Positions 51,601-58,805 of a DNA stretch of 64,000 nt are shown here, one piece after another. The stretch covers positions 256,715 through 320,714 of the forward strand of contig CAZFTJ010000001.1 in assembly GCA_964521865.1 (NCBI GenBank). Direction: 5' to 3'. The notes under the pieces were generated by a model. The model had not been told where the DNA came from. It searched no databases and saw nothing but the letters and a program-made list of their open reading frames with translations. Each line of letters opens with the position of its first letter. Position 1 is the first letter of the stretch. Position numbers and translations under genes: made by a program. This DNA comes from an uncultured Spirochaetota bacterium (lineage in GTDB: Bacteria; Spirochaetota; B62-G9; DRHN01).

Positions 51601-53646
51601 AGCAGGGTTCGAGGGCTTCAGCTCCGAGGCAACAAGCCTTGTTGCTAAAAATTCTTTAAAAAGCGATGTCTTTTCTTTTGGAAAAGTAATCTGCCATACT
51701 GCCGTATAATCAGCACTGTATTCCCTTTCCCCGAAGGTAATGATGACTGCAAAATCGTACTTCGCACAGGATATCTCATGTGATAAACGATGTACGTCAT
51801 CATCGGAGAGAAACCGGATAAAAACCCTGCGGATGCTGAAGTGCCAGGTTATCTGACGTACTACTCCCTTTTCCCATAAGGAAATACCCGGCCATACTTC
51901 CGATTCCGGTATATCTAAGAAAGGCTCAGATAAAAGCCTTGAATCATCGTCTTCCAGATCACGGGCAGTACGAGAGATTCGCTCTTTTAAGATTTTCCCC
52001 GGATCATCCTGTGTAATGACCGTATAAACGGTATCCAGGGGGTTACCGGATTCAGAGGGCTGCTTTATCAGAAACCGGCTCACTTCAACGATTGGATCGA
52101 GCAGGGCCTCGGCTATAAACCGGATATTGAATCCCGGCATTTGAAAATCCAGTGAACAGGCTGCTATTTCAGCCAGGCGACCTACAGGAGGAGTATCCGC
52201 CGTGGGATGAATTTTATAGAGGACGAGTATCCTTACGAGTCTGCGGGCAAGATTACGGTCATCAGAATCCTCTATCACATCGTCGATGACCTTATCAAGA
52301 TGGGGAATGACATGGCGTGGATATACATTGAATGCCGAAAACTCGGCAAGTCTCAATGCAAAATGATCGTAAATGCTGTCGGGTGCCAGTACCTCTGTTG
52401 CAGGCTGTTGAAGAATTCCTCGGATATTCCGCCTTTTATCCCCTGCTATGCGTGAGTAAATAAAATCCACTATACCTCGATGCTCTGAAAAGAGATCACC
52501 CAGGCCGTCAAGAAGAGCAATGGTTGCCGGATGAACAGGATAGGTCTGTCTGAAGCTATCGTAGGTCCAGGAGAATGTCGAAAATTGCCTCTTGTAAGCT
52601 TCATAAATGCGATATATTTCTTCATCGGCTCCCGGTTTACGGTGTACAAGGCGGTGAGATATGAGTGAACGGATATGTACAGTTGAAAGACTGAGTTTTA
52701 CGGGGAATCTGTCTTTAATTTTCCGGAATGTTACCTGCGAGATATCCCCGGTACTTTCAATGCTCTCCTGAACCGCGGCAATAATCCATAGCGGCTCACC
52801 TGCAGTAAGCTCACCCAGCAGTTGAAGTGTACGGGCATCTTCATTTAATTCCTGTGCGGTGCGTTTAGAACGGAAAAACTCGGATAGCTCATCAATAAGC
52901 AAAAAAAGCCCGTCAAACCCTGCATTTTTTACTGCCGATAGTGTTCGTTTAAAAGTTTCGTGTCTTTCTTCAACAAGTGCCTCAGGGATTTTAAGCCCCG
53001 TGCTTTTTATTAAACGCATGCCGTATATGTACGCTTCATGAGGATATTCATCTATCCATTGCTTCAGGCCATCCGTATCGAGGTCTTCTGCCTGCAGACC
53101 GTCGGTCTTTTTCCGGTCGGCTGAAACGCCCAGCAGCTTGATAAAAGATTCGGCGGTTTCAGGTTCCTCTATAAGGTTTTTTAAATGATTGAGAAAAGAA
53201 GAAACAGGAGTTAATACTGCCTCAATGCCCTTCGATTTCAGGTGGTTTTCCACTGCTTCAACAACAATCTGTTCTAAAGGAGTTTCAGCCCTGTAATTCA
53301 CCAGTGAAATTGCCACAGGTAAAAACCGTTTACCGGATTCCATGACACGCTTGAGCCCGCCGTGGCGACCGGTAAGTATCTCTGCTCCTGCAATTCCTGC
53401 AAGCCAAGCATACAACGCCGCTAAAAAATGAGACTTGCCCGAGCCGAAATCACCCTGAAGAAAATACCCCTGCCCCTGGTGACCGAGGAGTGACTCTGAG
53501 ATAACAGTAAAGTGAGAAAAAACCTCTGTTGTAAATACAAAACTACCGGCAATCTTGTTGGACTCCGTCTGTCCCTCTTTAAGGCGTATAACGGTTTTTA
53601 CCGGCGGGATTTCTACTATATCACCGATACACAGTGATTCGTTCAT
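48631..53646 (-). CDS. Giant fusion protein: N-terminal BrxC/PglY-like (or KAP-like) P-loop ATPase, central helical region, C-terminal PglZ-type alkaline-phosphatase-superfamily domain
   Basis: Walker A LQGDFGSGKSHFLAAL, Walker B FLLIDELSEF and the sensor IIAAVQ. The C-terminal ~200 aa carry PglZ/alkaline-phosphatase metal-ligand motifs VVVIIDGAAPD, DQGAH, LILTTDHG and HGKGGVYE. 1671 aa; lower GC than the core genome. Confidence 0.7.
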   Translation of the reverse strand: MNESLCIGDIVEIPPVKTVIRLKEGQTESNKIAGSFVFTTEVFSHFTVISESLLGHQGQGYFLQGDFGSGKSHFLAALYAWLAGIAGAEILTGRHGGLKRVMESGKRFLPVAISLVNYRAETPLEQIVVEAVENHLKSKGIEAVLTPVSSFLNHLKNLIEEPETAESFIKLLGVSADRKKTDGLQAEDLDTDGLKQWIDEYPHEAYIYGMRLIKSTGLKIPEALVEERHETFKRTLSAVKNAGFDGLFLLIDELSEFFRSKRTAQELNEDARTLQLLGELTAGEPLWIIAAVQESIESTGDISQVTFRKIKDRFPVKLSLSTVHIRSLISHRLVHRKPGADEEIYRIYEAYKRQFSTFSWTYDSFRQTYPVHPATIALLDGLGDLFSEHRGIVDFIYSRIAGDKRRNIRGILQQPATEVLAPDSIYDHFALRLAEFSAFNVYPRHVIPHLDKVIDDVIEDSDDRNLARRLVRILVLYKIHPTADTPPVGRLAEIAACSLDFQMPGFNIRFIAEALLDPIVEVSRFLIKQPSESGNPLDTVYTVITQDDPGKILKERISRTARDLEDDDSRLLSEPFLDIPESEVWPGISLWEKGVVRQITWHFSIRRVFIRFLSDDDVHRLSHEISCAKYDFAVIITFGEREYSADYTAVWQITFPKEKTSLFKEFLATRLVASELKPSNPADAPLIQPVKERLERIRPAVHQAAMEAFYSGNFTDPQIQVGAAVRQLKRFDRLLEAAGEVILDDRYPKFREIAPRRIHPSPRLYQRLLDELVTPGSILLREAQAKGLGEAIDGLAVPIGLVRLKGGSYVFSPDMTGHPFLSFFSGLLKPAGPASIKEIAHALQTGAYGLPEDTFLFLLSALACGGLITLLKNGRTVPVDFLHFISVEKADEVALGELINQNDRETLKTECDFLAPSSTWDSFGLHQQREAWKAVIKFKETASTMLVAIQSQLSHVAEFSAFKVFNLSAIDQKINSLTNLVNEIKISHSAKEGLERFLKTWRGTGLKNEDIQFLKKLRAFLLHNAEQFVFIHHYIHHSAVKKATQQDRELAELRKTVISLVEKPEIFIIGDEGEHLNSVFSHFREYYFAFYSKKHAAYYRSFQKPSLSKSAERAAGTLERLAAIEALDRPPGLEQFIRDLKAPGKEQCRRKISEELIRSPVCTCGYQPGDVGAVPEPGEKIEPEEAINRFFMEYVDIIKKPEVLESITAHAYAVKDADPDMSQRLKQISKIVQEDTITPAHLLAVFDEQTTLQLSRALTGKVHIQHKKLSELISRLAGRRLAQSQIRKIVDEWASITDEKTLLAIDEDLEQRVAPGSVLDSLDWWSLLHAGLFSREFQQEPIQKEEIVEIENRLEKRFPSIRLKETLQLIDTESLLRFITQERYHTGAIRMAWSLLSERILTGAVLPGEDDIHSSHTDHDTADDIRRHLRILKTIAERMDQQYPARLSMRVFAEELMNDAWTTGELQYIAEKAVQEVSDLGEEWLSKLSEVPIIILDDCPVVVIIDGAAPDVWMESIKSIEYFTDEVPQSWARLEAKPDTVDSIARLFGFHNDPVEEFSARNVVYHNLKGNEEHALLDHVLPIKPDIPVVIRLSAIDQGAHRKGMRLSEMVRIVNHILKTDLPQLLEACRQLKRRLILTTDHGLSLFAKGLLHGKGGVYESCIFRAEWNKL

Positions 53647-53718
53647 GGATTTTTATCCAGCATATTTTTCACATGGTAAACCAGGGAGAAAATCAGGATG
53701 CCTTACTGTTTGGTTTTA

Positions 53719-54681
53719 TTAATTCTTGTCCAGCATATTTTTCAGCCTCTGTATTCGTCCATACAATGATTTTTCATCCGGGAATAAGCCTGAAAGCTCC
53801 CGGTAAAAATTAATAGCCCGCTCGAGCTCTCCGATTCGAGCACATGCAGCACCGTAACCGGAATGCAGATACATATCTTTTGGGTCGACCCTTAAAAGCT
53901 CTTCCATGATCGGGACGGCCTTTTTTTCCTGACCGGTCTTGGCAAGTACAAAGGCCTGTTTCCGCTGAATCCGGTGCTGTGAGCCTTTCGACTCTATTTT
54001 TTCATACTGTTTTATGGCAAGTTCCGACCTGCCCGACCTTCGACAAAGCGAGGCATAAATCTCACCATAAATCGAAGGCAGCGATGGGATTTTCGCCAGT
54101 TTTTCCATGCGTTTGAGCACAGGATAAATACCATAACGCCGGATTTCCAGTTCTGTCAGCTCCCAGAGCGCTGAACGATGATGCGGCTTCAGTTCCAGCC
54201 ATCTCTGACAGGCCTCAAATGCCCTGCTGTATTCTCCGAGCCCTGAAAGAGCTTTTACCCTGTACCGAATACTGTCCCTTTCAGGCATATCCCAGCCTGC
54301 AAGATGAGACAAAATGTCCTGCCAGTTTTTCAGGTTTATGTGGCATTCCAGTATGCCTTTTTGTGACCGTAACTTCAGCTTTTGATTATTCAGACTTTCT
54401 TTATAATACTGTAATGCCTCTTTATACCTGTGTAAACCAAAGAGCGCATCTGCTGCCGATAGTACGGCGTAAGGATTGGTGGAATCTAAGGTCAATGCCT
54501 GAGTTGCAATAGAAAAACCCGATTCATATTTTTCAGCCCGTATCAATGCATTTGCCTGATGGGTAAGCCAGAAGACATTCTGCTTTCTGTTATTTAAATA
54601 TTTCCTTTCAGCATAATGGGCAGCTTCTAAATATTTCTCCTGCCGCATCAATTCACAGAACTCATTGTATTCTTTTGACAT
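53719..54681 (-). CDS. TPR-repeat protein (co-directional, 72 bp upstream of the ATPase-PglZ gene)
   Basis: Multiple 34-aa TPR-like units (…YAVLSAADALFGLHRYKEALQYYKESL…). About 38% GC, so it is part of the low-GC island. Confidence 0.65.
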   Translation of the reverse strand: MSKEYNEFCELMRQEKYLEAAHYAERKYLNNRKQNVFWLTHQANALIRAEKYESGFSIATQALTLDSTNPYAVLSAADALFGLHRYKEALQYYKESLNNQKLKLRSQKGILECHINLKNWQDILSHLAGWDMPERDSIRYRVKALSGLGEYSRAFEACQRWLELKPHHRSALWELTELEIRRYGIYPVLKRMEKLAKIPSLPSIYGEIYASLCRRSGRSELAIKQYEKIESKGSQHRIQRKQAFVLAKTGQEKKAVPIMEELLRVDPKDMYLHSGYGAACARIGELERAINFYRELSGLFPDEKSLYGRIQRLKNMLDKN

Positions 54682-54954
54682 ATGGTTTTATCTATTTAAA
54701 TTCTGGTTTTTTGTACCTTTCATTAAAAAGTGAGCCTGTACAATGTTAAAATTGCCTGTCATTGCATTCTATAGGTAAAAACCATTAGGCAGGTGTCGAT
54801 TTGAACCTTTTAAGTTTGGAAGTTCACTTGCCTATATATTCTACGTATATACGAGAGAGTTTACAGATGAAAAATCAATAATCCTTGATCAATTCTCAAC
54901 AATGATTCTTCAATTATATCAGTTACTACGCATAAAGGCAAATCCCGTGAGGGG

Positions 54955-55164
54955 TTATATTTTTTCAATATATTCCGGTATTGATTGCGCAGTGTCTGGA
55001 AAATTACTTAATATTTTCTGATCCATTGTAACAAGCCGTACGCTCAAGTCTCGAGCCAAGTTGACGAACTCGCAATCATATGCAGAACAACTGCTGTTCC
55101 GGACGAGCTTTAATATTTGAATCGTGCTTATTTCAAATTCATTATTTTTTAATAAATCTTCCAC
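54955..55164 (-). pseudogene. Truncated VapC/PIN toxin remnant (C-terminal half only)
   Basis: SAYDCEFVNLARDLSVRLVTMDQKIL matches the VapC C-terminal consensus (DA..v.lA..l...L.T.D..l). There is no N-terminal catalytic Asp region and it begins with GTG. It lies in an AT-rich flank at the island boundary. Confidence 0.5.
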
Positions 55165-55183
55165 AATAGGTGATTTTCCCCCG

Positions 55184-56071
55184 CTAAACCGTATGCTCTT
55201 CGTTCGCGATCTCGTAGCCGCGGTCCCCTTCTCGAATAAAGCCCTCCCGCACGAGGCCGGCGATCGCCTCTTTTATAAGGCAGTCGTCCCTTTCGGTTTT
55301 CACGGCTATCTCCCGGTCCGAGAGTCCGGGCTCCTTGAGCAGGGTCCTCAAAACCATGCCCCGCACCTGTCTCCTGGAACCTTCAAAAGGCGGCTGTCTC
55401 GTGTAATGCCTGCTCCTGCTGTTCATCGACCCGAAGCGCCTCTTCAGCTCGGCGCCGTAGTCCATCATTGCGTAATACCAGGTGCGGAGGTTTTTCCGGT
55501 CGAGCGTCCGTTCGACAAGAAGCCGGATGCACCTGTCGTGTATATTGTCGCGGCCCGAAAAGAAGAAGTGGATAAAAAGGGACCTGATATTGGTTTCGAT
55601 AAACACGGCGGGAACATCGAATGCAAACGCCAGAACGGCCGATGCCGTTGCATGGCCGATGCCGGGGAGCGAGAGCAGGTTTTTATAGCTGTCGGGAATC
55701 CTGCCGGCGAATCTATCGACAACGACGCACGCCGATTTTTTCAGATACAGGCACCTCCTGTTGTAACCCAGCCCCTGCCATTTCAGGAGCACCTGGTGGA
55801 GCGGCGCTTTGGAAAGAGCGCGTATGCCTGGAAAGGCCTCGATGAAATCATTGTACTTTTTCAGAACACGTTCGACCTGAGTCTGCTGGAGCATGATTTC
55901 AGAAACAAGTATACGGTAGGGGTCTTTCGTTCTGCGCCACGGCAAATCGCGCCCGCGTCCCTGATAAAAGCTGTGGATAAGGTCTTGAAACCTGGATACG
56001 TCGTTATCCGTTAGATGCTCGGGGTCTGGAAAGGAGCCTGCCTGTTCTGTCTGACCGTCTTTGCCGTTCAT
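55184..56071 (-). CDS. HhH-GPD superfamily DNA glycosylase (EndoIII/MutY-like, no Fe-S cluster cysteines) with C-terminal winged-helix-like extension
   Basis: RILVSEIMLQQTQVERV, the HhH LPGIGHATASAV and the catalytic D region. It lacks the C-x6-C-x2-C-x5-C motif. Confidence 0.7.
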   Translation of the reverse strand: MNGKDGQTEQAGSFPDPEHLTDNDVSRFQDLIHSFYQGRGRDLPWRRTKDPYRILVSEIMLQQTQVERVLKKYNDFIEAFPGIRALSKAPLHQVLLKWQGLGYNRRCLYLKKSACVVVDRFAGRIPDSYKNLLSLPGIGHATASAVLAFAFDVPAVFIETNIRSLFIHFFFSGRDNIHDRCIRLLVERTLDRKNLRTWYYAMMDYGAELKRRFGSMNSRSRHYTRQPPFEGSRRQVRGMVLRTLLKEPGLSDREIAVKTERDDCLIKEAIAGLVREGFIREGDRGYEIANEEHTV

Positions 56072-56172
56072 TGTGGTTTTAAAAGAAACATAGCACCTTC
56101 GCGTCCGTCGGACAACTCCGATAGGAAATATTCGCCGGCGTTTTCCGGGTTTGTTTTTTTGTGAAGTTTAGT

Positions 56173-56200
56173 TGACATTTAGTCGTCTATATGTAAAATA
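56173..56200 (+). promoter_or_regulatory. Candidate sigma70 promoter TTGACA-N16-TAAAAT heading a ~340-nt leader of the osmoprotectant transporter operon
   Basis: ttgacatttagtcgtctatatgtaaaat read directly in the sequence. Its function is not verified. Confidence 0.3.
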
Positions 56201-56535
56201 TATATATGGTTCAACGATCGTTCTGGATATCTCTTATCGAGGGCCTGTGGTGATAAGAGTATGCAGTTTAGAACAAATTACTGTTTGATTGCCGGCATTG
56301 AGAGTAGATTTCCCCCGCCGAAACATCTTTTAATCGCTTACTAGCAAACGATTTTTATTAAAAATTATTTCTGGGCTTCAATGTATGGAGCCGACCCGCA
56401 GCCGGCTGTGTGGGCATAACCGCCAACAAAACCGTCCTCCCGGGGAAAAGCCTTGACTTCTGAATCGGCCGCGCCTAAGGTATACGGTATGCGTAAGACA
56501 ATAAAACACAGTAATTCAAGCTGGGAGGAGCTTAT

Positions 56536-57495
56536 ATGAAATTCAGAATGGTGCACCTGTTGTTCGTTGCAGCAATCGTTTTTACGCTCGTTTCAGGGAC
56601 TGTGGGCTTCGGAGCCGGTACCAAAAAAGAGGAGGGTCCTGCGGCCAAAGGGCCGGTTGTGGTCGCCTCCAAGATCGACACCGAGGGAGGCCTCCTCGGA
56701 CAGATGATCGTGCTTCTGCTCAGGGCGGACGGATTCGATGCGGTGGACAGGACCGAGTTCGGTCCCACGGATGTCATTCGAAAGGCGATAATCAGCGGCG
56801 AGATCGACATCTACCCGGAGTATACCGGAAACGGCGGTTTTTTCTACGAGGGGACCGATCCTTCGATCTGGAAAGATGCGAAAAAGGGCTATGAAGAGGT
56901 GAAGAAGCTCGACAAAGAGGCGCACGACATTATCTGGCTGACGCCTGCACCGGCGAACAACACGTGGGCTCTGGCGATCCGCGGAGATATCGCCCGGTCG
57001 AAGAATGTAAAAACCCTCGAGGACTTCGCCCGCTACGTGAACAACGGAAACAGGGTCAAGGTGGCAGGCTCGGAGGAGTTTGTCAGCAGACCCGACGCAC
57101 TCCCGGCATTCGAAAAGGCGTACGGATTCTCACTTTCGAAGGATCAGCTCTTGATCCTTTCAGGTGGAAATACGGCGCAGACCGAAAAGGCGGCTGCGGA
57201 CGGCACGGACGGAGTGAATGCGGCGATGGCGTACGGTACGGACGGCCAGCTTGCCGCTCTGGGTCTCTGGGTGCTGGAGGATACAAAGGGCGTGCAGCCG
57301 ATTTATCAGCCCACCCCGATTATCAGGGGCGAGGTGTTCGGCAAATATCCCGAAATAGAAGGGATCTTGAGGCCGGTTTTTCAGGGGCTCGACCTCGTCA
57401 CTCTCCAGACGTTGAATGCAAAAATCGCCATCGAAGGGCAAAACGCGAAGGATGTCGCCGAGGCGTATCTGAAGTCGCACGGGTTTTTAAAGTAA
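56536..57495 (+). CDS. Glycine betaine/choline/carnitine ABC transporter substrate-binding protein (OpuAC/OpuCC family)
   Basis: Signal peptide MKFRMVHLLFVAAIVFTLVSG. The OpuAC-fold pattern includes …YPEYTGNG… and AMAYGTDGQLAALGL. Confidence 0.75.
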   Translation: MKFRMVHLLFVAAIVFTLVSGTVGFGAGTKKEEGPAAKGPVVVASKIDTEGGLLGQMIVLLLRADGFDAVDRTEFGPTDVIRKAIISGEIDIYPEYTGNGGFFYEGTDPSIWKDAKKGYEEVKKLDKEAHDIIWLTPAPANNTWALAIRGDIARSKNVKTLEDFARYVNNGNRVKVAGSEEFVSRPDALPAFEKAYGFSLSKDQLLILSGGNTAQTEKAAADGTDGVNAAMAYGTDGQLAALGLWVLEDTKGVQPIYQPTPIIRGEVFGKYPEIEGILRPVFQGLDLVTLQTLNAKIAIEGQNAKDVAEAYLKSHGFLK

Positions 57496-57572
57496 ATGTC
57501 CTGCGATGGCCGCAGCAGGGGAAAATTATGTCGTCGATCTGCGTCGTGCATGTACAGGCTGCGTAAATCCTC

Positions 57573-58805
57573 ATGTATGCAAACACTCGAGAGAAAGGCC
57601 GTCCGGTATTGAATCGTGTTGAAGGTGTAACCGGCAGAAGTAGAGTTGTTCTCTTTGGAATTCTTATGGGGATGTTTTCCTGCGGGATGAAGTTTGTTGC
57701 GCTAAAGCCGAACAGGATTGCTTCGGGGACGGGACTCTACCTGTGGAATGCATTTTCAGGGAGCGGCCTGCTCGTTTTCATGGTCCTGTGGGCCGTTGTG
57801 CTGGCCGTGTTTCTGATTTCCGGCAATAAATCGCCGGTCCTTTTTCAGGGTATTGTCGGAAATATCGTCGTCGTCACGGTATTTCTCATGGTCGGACGGG
57901 CAACCCGTTCGCTCCAGTCGCCCGATATGCCGTTCGCCCGGATTTCAATGGCATTCGGGTCATGGCTCATGATACTTGCCGGATACATACTCATACACGC
58001 ATCCGTCAGAGTACTCACGCTGAAAAACCCCCAAGCCGTTGTGCTTTCACTTGCCGGACCTGCTGTAGTTGTGCTTCTTTTTTTTACCGGTTACCTGAGC
58101 GAGCTATCGATTGTAAAGGAGTATCTTATACGGAGGGACAGGTTTTTCGGCGAGCTTGTCCGGCATCTTGTTCTATCCGGAAGCGCGGTGCTTTTCGGCA
58201 TTGCAGCGGGAATTCCGCTCGGTGTGCTCGCATTCAGAAAACGGGCGTTTGAAAAACCAGCCTTTTTCTTCGTCAACACGGTGCAGACCGTACCGTCACT
58301 CGCGCTTTTCGGTATTATGATCGCACCGCTCTCCGTTCTCTCGCAGAGGTTCCCGCTTCTCAGGGAGCTCGGCATAAAGGGGATAGGTTCGGCCCCCGCG
58401 CTCGTTGCGCTTGCACTGTATGCGCTTCTTCCCATAACGAGAAATACCTACACGAGCCTCAGTGTAATTGATCCGTCTGTTGTCCAGTCTGCGCGCGGGA
58501 TGGGGATGAGCAGGCTCCAGGTTATGATGCGCATCGAGGTCCCTCTTTCGCTCCCGATCGTAATGAGCGGTATCCGCATTGCCGCGGTGCAGGCCATCGG
58601 CAATACCACGGTTGCGGCTCTCATCGGCGCGGGCGGATTCGGCGTATTCGTATTCCAGGGGCTCGGCCAGGCGGTAGGCGACCTTGTCATGCTCGGCACT
58701 GTTCCCGTTATACTGCTTGCCGTGTCTGCCGATAAGCTTATGCAGGTTCTCGTGAAGTCGATGACGCCGCGGGGACTGAGATACCGGGCGGGGGAGCAAT
58801 CGTGA
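57573..58805 (+). CDS. Osmoprotectant ABC transporter permease (OpuCB/OpuBB-like, with extra N-terminal TM domain)
   Basis: EAA loop SARGMGMSRLQVMMRIEVPLSLPIVMSGIR. The true start probably lies downstream of the track start. Confidence 0.75.
   Translation: MYANTREKGRPVLNRVEGVTGRSRVVLFGILMGMFSCGMKFVALKPNRIASGTGLYLWNAFSGSGLLVFMVLWAVVLAVFLISGNKSPVLFQGIVGNIVVVTVFLMVGRATRSLQSPDMPFARISMAFGSWLMILAGYILIHASVRVLTLKNPQAVVLSLAGPAVVVLLFFTGYLSELSIVKEYLIRRDRFFGELVRHLVLSGSAVLFGIAAGIPLGVLAFRKRAFEKPAFFFVNTVQTVPSLALFGIMIAPLSVLSQRFPLLRELGIKGIGSAPALVALALYALLPITRNTYTSLSVIDPSVVQSARGMGMSRLQVMMRIEVPLSLPIVMSGIRIAAVQAIGNTTVAALIGAGGFGVFVFQGLGQAVGDLVMLGTVPVILLAVSADKLMQVLVKSMTPRGLRYRAGEQS

Noticed and set aside
55124-56014. 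296-aa plus-strand ORF
   Set aside because: Antisense to the HhH-GPD glycosylase gene, with no motifs. The glycosylase frame carries the helix-hairpin-helix GPD signature.
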